This document shows positions 9,036 to 18,799 of a stretch of 64,000 nucleotides of DNA, in pieces (position 1 is the stretch's first letter; the number at the start of each line of letters is the position of its first letter). The DNA comes from Polyangiaceae bacterium (GTDB lineage: Bacteria; Myxococcota_A; Polyangia; Polyangiales; Polyangiaceae). The position numbers and the translations under genes are program-made. The DNA is taken from positions 160,001-224,000 of the forward strand of contig JBNKBE010000001.1 in the NCBI GenBank assembly GCA_050287085.1, in the 5' to 3' direction. The notes under the pieces were generated by a model. It was not told the origin of the DNA. It was given only the letters and a program-made list of their open reading frames with translations, and searched no databases.

Positions 9036-9749
9036 TCAAAGCGCGGAGGCCCATTCTATGACGGTCTGCTTGTCCTCCTGCGAGGTCCACGCTTGCATCT
9101 TTGGCATGCGACCGGCTTCGATAGACGCAAGCAAAGAGGGCGCGGAGTTCTCGATGAATGGGCGGGTCAATTGCAAACTGAACCCGCCATGATCTTGATC
9201 GTGGCAAGCCGCGCCGCCACAGTTGGAGACGAGCAGCGGATAAACTTCGTCCCAGACGTCTGGACCTCCGCCCCCAGCGCCCGCCTCGCCTCCCAGACCA
9301 GCGCCCCCTGCCGCAGCACCGCCGACGCCCTCTCCCGCGGTCCCCGAGTCGCCACCGACGGGAGCGCCCCCCTCCCCGGCCATGGATGCGACATCGCCCC
9401 CCATCCCGCCTAACGCGTTCGGTACGCCCCCAGTCGCTCCGCCGCCTTGACCACCGGCTCCAAAACCCGCAACGGCCTCCCCGCCCGTGCCCTGTCCCGC
9501 CGAGGACTGCCCGCCGCCTCCGATTGCCTGCGCACCGGCGCCCCCCCCAAGACTGGATTGACCCCCCCCGGAAACGCCACCGCCGCCGTAGTTCATCGGA
9601 TCCGGGTCGTACTCGCTCCCAGCCTCAGCGGAGCAGCCGACCGCGGCCATGCTCAAGACCAGCCCGCCCCCGGCACTGCTACGAAACGCGCGACGAGAAC
9701 GCCGCAGCACAGTCCGGACAAGCTCAGATCGAAATGACAGGAAAAGCAT
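9036..9749 (-). CDS. Lipoprotein with Gly-rich linker and C-terminal cytochrome c-like domain
   Basis: Lipobox-like AVGC, ~110 aa Gly/Ala linker, then VYPLLVSNCGGAACH...GRMP...VIEWA. Start at ATG 9749 is inferred. Confidence 0.7.
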   Translation of the reverse strand: MLFLSFRSELVRTVLRRSRRAFRSSAGGGLVLSMAAVGCSAEAGSEYDPDPMNYGGGGVSGGGQSSLGGGAGAQAIGGGGQSSAGQGTGGEAVAGFGAGGQGGGATGGVPNALGGMGGDVASMAGEGGAPVGGDSGTAGEGVGGAAAGGAGLGGEAGAGGGGPDVWDEVYPLLVSNCGGAACHDQDHGGFSLQLTRPFIENSAPSLLASIEAGRMPKMQAWTSQEDKQTVIEWASAL

Positions 9750-10224
9750 TGTGCCATGATAGCCGGTAGATGATTCAGCGGTAGACCAGCTCGCGCCCAG
9801 CGTCTTGCACTGGTTCACAACACGCGAAAATTGCAGCCGCTTTCTACTGCGCAAGCTTCGCGACCAGGGAACGACGACCGCAACGCGATCGCTCGCGCCG
9901 CGCATTGCACCCACAGCGTGCAGGCTCCATAGCCGACTGTTCCGTCCCGAAGCACTTCGCCAGCGCCTCCCCCATCGGTCTCCGGCTCCACCGACATCAC
10001 GGCACGCCGCTCACGGCTGCGCCGAACGCCATCTGGCTTTCGCGTCGGCTTCCGTTCGATCAGGAATTGCGCCCCTGCGCAGACACGAACCTCGCCGCAG
10101 GGGGCTCGCTAGAGAACAGCTGATCTCAGCGAGGAATGGACACCATCACCAACTCGAAGAAGCCTATCTGGCGTTGATTGCCCGTGCCCAAGCCGCCGAA
10201 GCCGCTACCAGTGTCGACAGCGCT

Positions 10225-11058
10225 CTAGGGATGAAACGAAGGTGGCGGGAGCTCCGGAGTCTTTCGAACGTATTCGGCTATTACGTCGCCCAGACGTTGA
10301 TCCAGCTCCTGACAGCGGCGGGTGACCTCTCCCATCGTCACGCCCCTGCACTCCTTACGGCGGGCCCGATAGGTGGCAACTACCTTCGGATCCTTTCTCA
10401 ACGCTTGCTGCATTTCGTCGCTAAGAAAGCGCCAATTCACCGCCGAGTGCCGCGGACTACGGGGTGCGCGGCGACTGACTTCGTTGACGTCCAACGTCAC
10501 ACAGGCTCCATTCCAACGCAACACGTCGTAGGTTCCGCCGGAACCCTCAACCTGAAATGACGCCTGATTGAGCCGATGATTGATCACAATCACTTCCTCA
10601 GCCAGGACCAAGTCCTCATGAACGGTCGGGCCCCAGCCGTTTACGGCGTTCAAGCCGGTCCGCATGTAGTAGCGCGACCAGGGCGTCCCCCGTCGAAACA
10701 TGTAGAGCGCTACGTCCGGGTATACGTCCTGACACAATCTTTCCGCCCACTCGAGGGGCGGCAGACACGGCGCCTCCTCTTTCGTGCATTGTTCCGGGAC
10801 GCCGAGCGTCGCAGCATCGCGAGCACGCCTGGCTCGTGTAGCTGCGTCGTCAGCGGACTCCGCCCGCTGAGCGCCAGCGCCACAGGCGCTGAGCAAGAGC
10901 ACAAGAGCCACGCTCCGCGAGGCGGCGGTGCTTCGCCGGGGCCTGTCGCGCCCCTCGCGCCCCTCGCTAGCCGAGGCCTGGCGGCTCAATGTCGCCACAC
11001 ATGTTTTTCGTCGAACCACGCATCCCAAGCGCCGCGCCCACAAACTGCGAAACAGCAT
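10225..11058 (-). CDS. Hypothetical lipoprotein
   Basis: Hydrophobic stretch VALVLLLSAC followed by a globular Cys/Trp-containing domain. Start uncertain. Confidence 0.65.
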   Translation of the reverse strand: MLFRSLWARRLGCVVRRKTCVATLSRQASASEGREGRDRPRRSTAASRSVALVLLLSACGAGAQRAESADDAATRARRARDAATLGVPEQCTKEEAPCLPPLEWAERLCQDVYPDVALYMFRRGTPWSRYYMRTGLNAVNGWGPTVHEDLVLAEEVIVINHRLNQASFQVEGSGGTYDVLRWNGACVTLDVNEVSRRAPRSPRHSAVNWRFLSDEMQQALRKDPKVVATYRARRKECRGVTMGEVTRRCQELDQRLGDVIAEYVRKTPELPPPSFHP

Positions 11059-11134
11059 CGACGCCAGGATCCATCATTGCCAAGCCGTGTCAAGTGGCCC
11101 CAGCGCGCGTAGCGGGAGCCGGACCGGTGGTTCC

Positions 11135-12472
11135 TCAATCGGAATGTTCAAATTGAATAGGCTCGAAACTGTCCTGACGCTCGGTATTCCCTGAAGCTAA
11201 CTGACCCGATTCGTTAGCCCCTGAACACGCAACGTCGTTTCCTTCAAAAATCACGCAAGTGAAGAATCGACCGGCTGCCACTGCCACCACGCTCGCCGCA
11301 ACGCGTGCCGGCTCGGTACGCGCGTTGACATCGTTCAGCCCGAGTTGACCTTCAATATTGCGTCCCCAACACCAGAGCACCTGTTCGGTATTGATCGCAC
11401 ACGAGTGAAAGGTATTCGAGCTCAGCTCGCGCCAGCTTCCCTCAATGGTTGCGATCGGTTCGATGGCACCTGCCACAGCCGTTCCAAAAGGACCTTCAGG
11501 CGAGCCGACATTGAGTCCCCAACACCAGAAACTTCCGTCCACGGTCAATCCGCACGAGTGGTTTTGGCCGGCCGCCACTCGCTCCCAGCGCTGCAACTCG
11601 CCATTGCGCGTCGGCGCACGACGCTGCTGCTCGTCACTCGTGGAGGTCTCGTGATCCGTATTGCGACCAAAACAGTACAGCGCCCCAGCCGTTGCGACAC
11701 CACAAGTATGACCATTGCCCCCCGAAAGCCAGCGCATGGGCTCGACGTCGACGGCTCTAGGTGACAGGGCGTCGCGGGCTTTCTGATCGCTCGAATAGCG
11801 ATCCCCCAACCCGAGCTGTCCTTCGAAGTTGGCTCCCCAACACCACACGCTCCCGCCCTCATCGATCGCACAGCTGTGGCTTGACCCGGCCGTGATAAAT
11901 ACCATCGGGGCTGGCAGCGAAACCGGCTCCATGGACCCATCGTCCTGACGAGTTCCACGACCTAGCTGGCCGTGCTCCCCCCGTCCGGCACAATACACTT
12001 TGCCCTCGACGGACAGGGCACAAGTGTGGTCGTCCCCAGCGGCGACCGCGCGCCACGGAACGTCCGCGCGCACCTCCGTCGCCACTTGAACGAGCTCAGC
12101 ATGCCCCAATCCAAGCTGCCCATAGGCGTTGTTCCCCCAGCAGTACAAGCGCTCCTGGAGAACGGCGCAAGCATGAGCCACCCCCGCCGTCACCCGGGGG
12201 TTCGAACCGGCCGTCGCGGGATCCGCCCAAGCCCCGGATGCGTCCGCCCCAGGAGCGCTCCGCCGCCCCGCATCGAGCGCATCCTCCGAAGCTCCCTTCT
12301 GGGGTGCACGCCGGATCGGTGTGGAGGCGCCAGGGCTTCGCTCACGGGTCAGGACCTCCACGCTGCGGCTGCACGCCGGCAATCCAGCCCCTTGGGACAG
12401 GATAGCGATGCACAGGGCAAGGACACGACCCACCGCGCGGCTCCCGAATACAGTCAACCGTTCAGCGTTCAT
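11135..12472 (-). CDS. RCC1/BLIP-II repeat (beta-propeller) lipoprotein
   Basis: About 7 repeats of (A/S)GxxH(T/S)C(A/G)...(V/L)(Y/W)CWGxNxxGQLG. LPAC lipobox-like site. ATG 12472 overlaps the upstream stop (ATGA). Confidence 0.9.
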   Translation of the reverse strand: MNAERLTVFGSRAVGRVLALCIAILSQGAGLPACSRSVEVLTRERSPGASTPIRRAPQKGASEDALDAGRRSAPGADASGAWADPATAGSNPRVTAGVAHACAVLQERLYCWGNNAYGQLGLGHAELVQVATEVRADVPWRAVAAGDDHTCALSVEGKVYCAGRGEHGQLGRGTRQDDGSMEPVSLPAPMVFITAGSSHSCAIDEGGSVWCWGANFEGQLGLGDRYSSDQKARDALSPRAVDVEPMRWLSGGNGHTCGVATAGALYCFGRNTDHETSTSDEQQRRAPTRNGELQRWERVAAGQNHSCGLTVDGSFWCWGLNVGSPEGPFGTAVAGAIEPIATIEGSWRELSSNTFHSCAINTEQVLWCWGRNIEGQLGLNDVNARTEPARVAASVVAVAAGRFFTCVIFEGNDVACSGANESGQLASGNTERQDSFEPIQFEHSD

Positions 12473-13470
12473 GGCGTCAGACTCGCCCCCAAGTATAACA
12501 GTACTCCTGCCCGCGTCAGGCCCGCGCGGACCGTCCCGTTGTCCGTGACAGCCAATTCTCGGATCGGCAGCGAGATGCCGGCGCCCGCGATGCCATGAAG
12601 ACGCTCGCTCAAGTCCCACTCAGCAGCCAAGCGAGCGTCCAGAGCGACAGTGCTGCCACCTGCGCTTTGCCCAATGACGCCTGGCTCCGCCTTGCCCCGG
12701 AAGCGCCAGTAGCCGCCTTCGATTCCTAATTGTGGGTGTAGGTCAATACCGCGCACGGCCCAGCGGAACCCGAGCGCCACCCGCGCGTGAAGTCCCTGGC
12801 CGGAGATCAGGCCATGGGAGAATTGGCGCGGTAGCGCAGCGCTTCCCCCGAGCGCCAAGACCCAGTTCAACCTTTGGCTCAGCGGATAGCGTGCGGCAAG
12901 CTCTCCCCCCAGAAGTGCACTGGCGCGCCAGTAGTACCGACCGGATAGCAGCGCCTGCAGAGCTCCAGCAGGCTGCTCCAAGGACGACGTACTGGTCGCG
13001 GGTGACCTCACGGGCGCCGAGGGAGGCTCCGCAGCGGGGGCGGCGCGCACCACGCGCGGCAGTGCGGCAAGCATCTCGTCCGCGGCGAGGGCCAGTGCCA
13101 GCGCCTGCCCATCGGGTGGCAGCAAACGAAGGTCAACACCCCGTCGGGCACGTTCATGCCCCACGGAAACCAGGACAAGCGCATGCTCGTCACCGGCAAA
13201 GGTGATTCGCACAACGCCGTGAACCCCTTCACCGTCCCCGGCGCATAGGATCAGCTCCCGCGCTGCCAACTCGCTATACAGGTCTTGGACTAGAGCTGAG
13301 CGCAACGCATTCGACGCGCCGCCGGACACTTCTAGAGCTACCCCGTCGTCGGTCGTGTCAGCACACGCCGGGAGCTCGGCCAGCCCTGATGGGACCGCCA
13401 ACGCGGAGCGTACGCTGAACACCAGGGCGAATGCGCTCGCCACGCCAGTCCTACGCCCTACGCAACCCAT
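12469..13470 (-). CDS. Secreted protein, probable C-terminal outer-membrane beta-barrel
   Basis: Signal-like ASAFALVFSVRSALA, Pro-rich linker, and a C-terminal half of alternating amphipathic strands ending GVLLYLGASLTP. Start inferred. Confidence 0.6.
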   Translation of the reverse strand: MGCVGRRTGVASAFALVFSVRSALAVPSGLAELPACADTTDDGVALEVSGGASNALRSALVQDLYSELAARELILCAGDGEGVHGVVRITFAGDEHALVLVSVGHERARRGVDLRLLPPDGQALALALAADEMLAALPRVVRAAPAAEPPSAPVRSPATSTSSLEQPAGALQALLSGRYYWRASALLGGELAARYPLSQRLNWVLALGGSAALPRQFSHGLISGQGLHARVALGFRWAVRGIDLHPQLGIEGGYWRFRGKAEPGVIGQSAGGSTVALDARLAAEWDLSERLHGIAGAGISLPIRELAVTDNGTVRAGLTRAGVLLYLGASLTP

Positions 13471-13565
13471 CACCGTGCCATGCTGTATCGGAGCGCGCGC
13501 CCACCGCAAGGATACAGGCCGCCGCCCGTCGGTCGGGCCCATCGCAACACACACCCTCAATCGCA

Positions 13566-14801
13566 CTATCGGGGCGACGAGCCGAGGCAGCCACGCGCCA
13601 CCGAGTCGGCATGCAGTCCCCGTGGGTAACGCTGCAGGTAATCCTCTCGCGCCTTTCGGCACGCATCGAGCTGCCCCAGCGCGTCGTAGACGCGAACCAG
13701 ACGGGCTCGGGCATCACCGGCGAAGCTAGCCCCACCGGCCGACCTCACTGCATGCTTCAGCGCCCGCAGGGCGCCCGGCATGTCTCCGAGACGATCCATC
13801 CGCAGTCGCCCCAACTCAAAGGCTGCCAGTCCCCCTCGCTCGTCGGCCGGATAGCGCCTCAACAGCTCAGCGTACGCGGCTGCAGCGTCCGCGCTCCGAC
13901 CAGAACGCCGCGCCTCCGTGGCGCGATCCCACAATGACTTGGCACTTCCTTCGCCGATAAGCTCGGCGGTCGATGGCTTCTTGGGCTCCTGGCTCGACGG
14001 CGCCGGCAGGGAGCGTCTAGGGATATTGGCGTCCGTTTCTGAAGGCCTCGCCGGCCCCGACGTAGCGCTAGCCCCCGAGGCGACGGACTGCCCACGTTCG
14101 ACAGTCACGGTATTGCCAGCCCCCAGCGAACGACTACGACCGGACGGGTCGCGAAGGACCACCGCACCTCGCAGAACCGCCACGATCACGCGACCTGCAA
14201 CCCCAACTTCGACCACGAAGCGGCCCTCTGTGCCCTCTACAAGCAGCTCTCCGGCGCGGACGCGCAGGGGGGCCGGCGAACCGTCCAAGGTCACGCTCAG
14301 GGTGCCCCGGCGGAGCTCGACCTGCGTCGTCGCCGCTGTTGCCTGAGAAACGGTCGCAGCGGAATGCTGCCCGAGTTCAAGTGACGCTCCGCAGTCGACA
14401 TCCAAGCTCAACGGTACATCCTCGGCCACGTAGACAACCGGCGCGGAGTCGTTCGGCGTTCCGGGACTCGCCAGCTTGCCCCCCGACGCCTGCGCCCGTG
14501 GTGATTCAGCAAGCGGAGGACGATCGGACTGCAGACCGTTTGACGAAGCGCCCACCCGCTCAGACGCTCCCGCTGCCGAGCCTCCACGGGCGAGCAATGC
14601 TTCTTCACGCGGCCCGATTCGGGTCAGAAACCCCACCAGAAGCGCTGATGACGCTAGCGCGCCCGCGGAAACCAGCAGCCACGGAGCCATCGGCCCCCGC
14701 CTTCTTCCCTCGAGTCGTTGCGCAATCGCCTCATAGCTGCGCTCCAGTCGAGCTCGCTTGAGCTCAACGGGCACGTACTCCGACAGCCGCGGCTCGGTCA
14801 T
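13566..14801 (-). CDS. FecR-like anti-sigma factor with C-terminal TPR domain
   Basis: RBS AAGGAG upstream. One TM helix, FecR-like VELRRGTL...LRVRAGELLVEGTEGRFVV...VAVLRGAV, then TPR ending YLQRYPRG. Confidence 0.8.
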   Translation of the reverse strand: MTEPRLSEYVPVELKRARLERSYEAIAQRLEGRRRGPMAPWLLVSAGALASSALLVGFLTRIGPREEALLARGGSAAGASERVGASSNGLQSDRPPLAESPRAQASGGKLASPGTPNDSAPVVYVAEDVPLSLDVDCGASLELGQHSAATVSQATAATTQVELRRGTLSVTLDGSPAPLRVRAGELLVEGTEGRFVVEVGVAGRVIVAVLRGAVVLRDPSGRSRSLGAGNTVTVERGQSVASGASATSGPARPSETDANIPRRSLPAPSSQEPKKPSTAELIGEGSAKSLWDRATEARRSGRSADAAAAYAELLRRYPADERGGLAAFELGRLRMDRLGDMPGALRALKHAVRSAGGASFAGDARARLVRVYDALGQLDACRKAREDYLQRYPRGLHADSVARGCLGSSPR

Positions 14802-14847
14802 GGCTTCTCCTTGGAGGCCGAAGCCGATGGAACCAAAAGACGTATCA

Positions 14848-15432
14848 TCATCGCTTGCGCGCTCGCTGGATCCGCGCGTCCGCCGCAGCTAGGCGGCGCT
14901 TGACGGTCGCTAGGGACAACCCCATTTGTTCCGCTATATCGGTTAGTTCCAGCCCCTCGATGCGTCGCAGAACAAGCGCCACGCGCTCCTCGGCGGGCAA
15001 CGCCTCGACCATGGAATAGACAGCGCGCAGCTCCGCCCGAACGTCCGGGGGGGCGTCGTCCGAGATCAGCTGGGCCCAATCGAGAGGCTCGGGCTGAAGC
15101 ATCCCCAGGCGCACCAGCAAACGTCGCCGACGCAGACGCTTGCTCGCGGTCCGCACTACAATCGACGCAAGCCAAGAGGCAAACGCCTGCGGGTTGTTCA
15201 GCGTTTCGAGCTTTGAGAACGCGAAAACAAAGGCATCCTGGACCAGATCGTCCACCTCGCCCCGCCCTGCCAGCACCCGGTGAGCCAGCCCGAAGGCGAG
15301 CCCGGCGTGGCGACGGTAGAGGGCTTCTTGGGCGGCGGCGTCGCCTTGCCGCGCCGAGACCACCAATTCCGCATCGCGGACCTCCGACAACGCCCCCGAT
15401 CGGGGTACCCTGGGAACAACCCGAGAACGCAT
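14848..15432 (-). CDS. ECF-type RNA polymerase sigma-70 factor
   Basis: DAELVVSARQGDAAAQEALYRRH, DDLVQDAF, FASWL, and region 4 LPAEERVALVLRRIEGLELTDIAEQMGLSLATVKRRL. Start could lie further upstream (frame open to 15735). Confidence 0.92.
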   Translation of the reverse strand: MRSRVVPRVPRSGALSEVRDAELVVSARQGDAAAQEALYRRHAGLAFGLAHRVLAGRGEVDDLVQDAFVFAFSKLETLNNPQAFASWLASIVVRTASKRLRRRRLLVRLGMLQPEPLDWAQLISDDAPPDVRAELRAVYSMVEALPAEERVALVLRRIEGLELTDIAEQMGLSLATVKRRLAAADARIQRARKR

Positions 15433-15823
15433 TTCCGTCGCCTCGGACTGCTCCGAGCAACTTCGCGCCGAAGGCGGAGCCAGCTCCAGCGCCTCTATTG
15501 GACCACTCTTCGGAGCCGTCGCCAGCGCGGCGCCCCCGGCGCTGGGAGCCTGACTGGTACGCGAAGCCCGGGCAGAATCGTCCAAGACCCCAGATGCAAG
15601 CGCATGCGAAGTCGGACCTGAGCCTGAAGCAGAGCGAACCACGAGACATCCTAGCCTACCGCCTTTGAGCCGCGCGCCAATCAGAAAGCCGCGATTTGGT
15701 CGAGCGCCTGCTACAAATGTCCCAGCATTGCTCACCTGCGGCTCAGATTTCTTCGAGGTCGATATGGCCCACGCAACTTGTTGGCCCTAGGCGACCCGAG
15801 CTATATCGTCTCCAAGGTGCGCA

Positions 15824-18214
15824 TTGAAGGCCGAGCATAGCGACGAAACCAACAGCGCCGCTGCGTCCGAGCGGAACGGATCTCCTCCTAGTACTCTCCC
15901 TCCAGCGGATTCGGACGTCCTGATCGGCACGACGCTGCACGAGACCTACGCCGTGCAGCGCGTGATTGGCGAAGGCGGCATGGGACGTGTCTACGAGGCT
16001 CGGCACACCCGGATCAAGAACAAGCGCTTTGCGCTCAAAGTGTTGCACGCAGAGTACGCCGCCAACACCGAACTCCAATTGCGCTTTCAGCGCGAAGCCG
16101 AAGCCGCCGCGGCGATTGAACACCCAGCGGTAGTGGGCACCTATGACATAGGACGAACGCCACAAGGCTCTCCCTATCTGGTGTCTGAGTTCTTGCAGGG
16201 GCGCGACCTAAACTCCTATATCGTTGAGGTCGGAGCACTGCCCGAGAGGGTTGTGCTCCGAGTCGGAATCCAGCTGTGTCGGGCCCTCGCGGCGGCCCAT
16301 GCAGAGAACGTGATTCACAGGGACATGAAGCCCCACAACGTCTTCGTCCTCGGCAGCGGAGAACTGGAAGCCGAAAGCCCCGTCGACGTGAAAGTCCTCG
16401 ACTTCGGCCTTTCGCGCTTCGTTGACCACGACAGTCAACTCACCAAGACGGGCGTCGTCCTGGGAACCCCGGGCTATATGTCGCCCGAGCAAGCACAAGG
16501 CCAGGAAACAACAAAGCGGACAGACATCTACGGTATCGGGGCGATTCTCTATGCTGCCGCAACGGGGCGCCCACCGTTCAAAGAGAAAACGCCACAACTG
16601 ACTGTGCTGGCGGTGATGCACCGAGAGCCCCAGCGTCCACGCGACGTCGAGCCTCGGGTTTCTGCAGAGCTCGAATGGGTCATTCAGCGGGCGATGGCTC
16701 GCGAGCCGCAGCAGCGTTTTGCAACGCCCGAAGAGATGGAACAGGAGCTGCTGCAGTTGCTCGGCGAGCCGACGCAAGCCCGCCGCTCGCTCCCCGAAGA
16801 CGCCGGTCCGACCGCGGCCCGCACGCGCCTGCTAATGTGGCTGCTGGCCGCCTTCGGGCTGCTGGCGGCTTGGGCGCTGACGGCTTTCAGCGCGGCCTTG
16901 CACCTGGTTCGGGCGGAGTCGCCAACAGGTCGCATTGGGGCCTCTTTCGTCGCCGCCGGCGCTTGCCTGCTGGCTCCCGTGTTCATCTGGAGACGACTGC
17001 GCGCGACGGTTTGGAACAACACCGCACACGTCGTTGACGCCCTGAAGCAGGCTCGCCCGCCAGTGGCGACAGGGCTGGCGGCGTACGGTGCCAGCGCGCT
17101 CCTCGTACGGGTTCTGGAAACCGGCATTCCATCCCTCTCGCAGCCGCTGCACGAGTGGCGGGGTTGGGGCCTCTCGCTCGCGCTCGTGGGGGCCATCTAC
17201 GCGTCGTTTGCCGCCGTCGTTGCCAGTCCCAAGCGGAGCCGCTTGCTGCCTCCGCGGCTCTTGTTTGCGCTCGCCTTCGTTCTGGGTCTCTTGGTCCTCG
17301 CTTCGAGCGTATCGAGCGCGCTGCGCGGTGTTGAATCAGCGGACGCGCTCGAAGTCCCACCGAGTGCGCCGAACGTCCCCCCGAAAGCCCCCGCGCCCAC
17401 GCGAAGTGGCGGCCACGAGCGCATCGCTGACGGCCTTATCACGGCGCGCGACGGAGGACGCGCAGATGCGGGCCCGACCGCTCTGTCCCAAGGCGTCGCA
17501 GACTCACCCATCATCGTGGACCTCGATCCGACGGACGATAGCAGCCTTGGCGGCGCCCCCAACGAACAACATGCCGATGTCGCGGAACTCAGCAGCGCTG
17601 TCGCAGAAGGGGCCGCCGCGTTGGAGTCACTGACCCGGAGTTACCCGCGGGACCCCGAAGTTCATAAAGCGCTGGTTCTGGCTTATGCGGCGCGGGCCTC
17701 GACCCTCGCAAGTTCCGTGGACGCCATCCGCCGGCTGCTTCGCATCGACATAGACTACGCCGACGATTCCGAAGTGCGTATCATTCTCACCAAGGCACTG
17801 ACGACGGATGGCGCGCCGCAGAAGGCGGCATTCTCGGTGTTGGAGAATGAGTTCGATGTGCGAGCTGGGGCACTGGTCTTTGACTTGCTGGTACGCGCGG
17901 GACGCGATCGAACCACTCTAAATCGGCTATTCCTGCGCCTCCGACGAAAAGCGAAAACCAGCAGCCCCGTCAACATTGCGTACGACTTGCGCTTCGCCCC
18001 CTCGTGCTCTGCACGAGTGAAGTACCTTCCCCAAGCGCGCGCCGTGGGAGACATTCGAGCGATCGCAGCACTGCTCCCTTTGGTCACCCCGCCTCGCGGA
18101 TGCCAAGGAAGACAATGCCGCGTCCAGTGCGAAAGCGAAGCGGAGGCGTTCGAGTCCGTGCTCGCCGCTATCCGGGCCCGCTTGGGCGGCGACAGTGGCA
18201 TGACCGAGCCTTGA
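15824..18214 (+). CDS. Multi-TM Ser/Thr protein kinase
   Basis: GEGGMGRVY, FALKVL, HRDMKPHN, DFGLSR, GTPGYMSPE. About 5 hydrophobic helices, then a helical Cys-containing C-terminal domain. Confidence 0.95.
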   Translation: MKAEHSDETNSAAASERNGSPPSTLPPADSDVLIGTTLHETYAVQRVIGEGGMGRVYEARHTRIKNKRFALKVLHAEYAANTELQLRFQREAEAAAAIEHPAVVGTYDIGRTPQGSPYLVSEFLQGRDLNSYIVEVGALPERVVLRVGIQLCRALAAAHAENVIHRDMKPHNVFVLGSGELEAESPVDVKVLDFGLSRFVDHDSQLTKTGVVLGTPGYMSPEQAQGQETTKRTDIYGIGAILYAAATGRPPFKEKTPQLTVLAVMHREPQRPRDVEPRVSAELEWVIQRAMAREPQQRFATPEEMEQELLQLLGEPTQARRSLPEDAGPTAARTRLLMWLLAAFGLLAAWALTAFSAALHLVRAESPTGRIGASFVAAGACLLAPVFIWRRLRATVWNNTAHVVDALKQARPPVATGLAAYGASALLVRVLETGIPSLSQPLHEWRGWGLSLALVGAIYASFAAVVASPKRSRLLPPRLLFALAFVLGLLVLASSVSSALRGVESADALEVPPSAPNVPPKAPAPTRSGGHERIADGLITARDGGRADAGPTALSQGVADSPIIVDLDPTDDSSLGGAPNEQHADVAELSSAVAEGAAALESLTRSYPRDPEVHKALVLAYAARASTLASSVDAIRRLLRIDIDYADDSEVRIILTKALTTDGAPQKAAFSVLENEFDVRAGALVFDLLVRAGRDRTTLNRLFLRLRRKAKTSSPVNIAYDLRFAPSCSARVKYLPQARAVGDIRAIAALLPLVTPPRGCQGRQCRVQCESEAEAFESVLAAIRARLGGDSGMTEP

Positions 18215-18236
18215 ATGGGTCCTGGCCCCCGCGGCC

Positions 18237-18629
18237 TCAGGCCTCTATCAGCGCGGCTGGACCGCCCGCTGCAATGAAGCGCGCATAGTCCCAAGGCTCG
18301 TCGCTCAGACGCGAGAGAAACTCATCGCGCAACACATACACCCAGACCGCAAAGCGGCGCTCGGGAACAACCATGATCGGTACCCGAATGCGGCGGTACT
18401 CGGTCCCTTCATAGCCGTCGAGACGCAACAACTCACGCCCTCCTATCCCCGTCACCACACGCCCCCAAACGTGCGTCCCGAACTCCGGGCGCAGTCCCGG
18501 ATAGCTTTGCCCACGTACCGTGTAACAACCAAAGTGCGACAAGCAGGCAATTCGGCTGGCATGCCGCCTGCCAACGATGTGCCGCCACACGAGGGGTGAC
18601 AACAAACTCCCATACACGAATAGGTCCAC
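18237..18629 (-). CDS. Gamma-glutamylcyclotransferase (AIG2-like) family protein
   Basis: LFVYGSL, YPGL, LDGYEGTEYRR, WVYV. Confidence 0.85.
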   Translation of the reverse strand: MDLFVYGSLLSPLVWRHIVGRRHASRIACLSHFGCYTVRGQSYPGLRPEFGTHVWGRVVTGIGGRELLRLDGYEGTEYRRIRVPIMVVPERRFAVWVYVLRDEFLSRLSDEPWDYARFIAAGGPAALIEA

Positions 18630-18799
18630 CGAAAGCCTGTATCATGGTCCAAGGCCCCAGGCCCCCCACCTAGAATTCGGCGGCTGCCCCCGCTCCGGGA
18701 ACTTGCGCCCCAAACGGCGCCTGCAAACCATCTCGGTCGCGCGCCCAGCGCGGCGCATTTGACCTGCCGGGCCGACGACAGGCAACATGGCACATCGTT

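Noticed and set aside
9805..10560. 251 aa + strand ORF and the 9905-10224 gap as a gene or pseudogene
   Set aside because: It overlaps the better-supported minus-strand gene 10225..11058 and has no recognisable motif. A short helical-looking stretch is not enough evidence.
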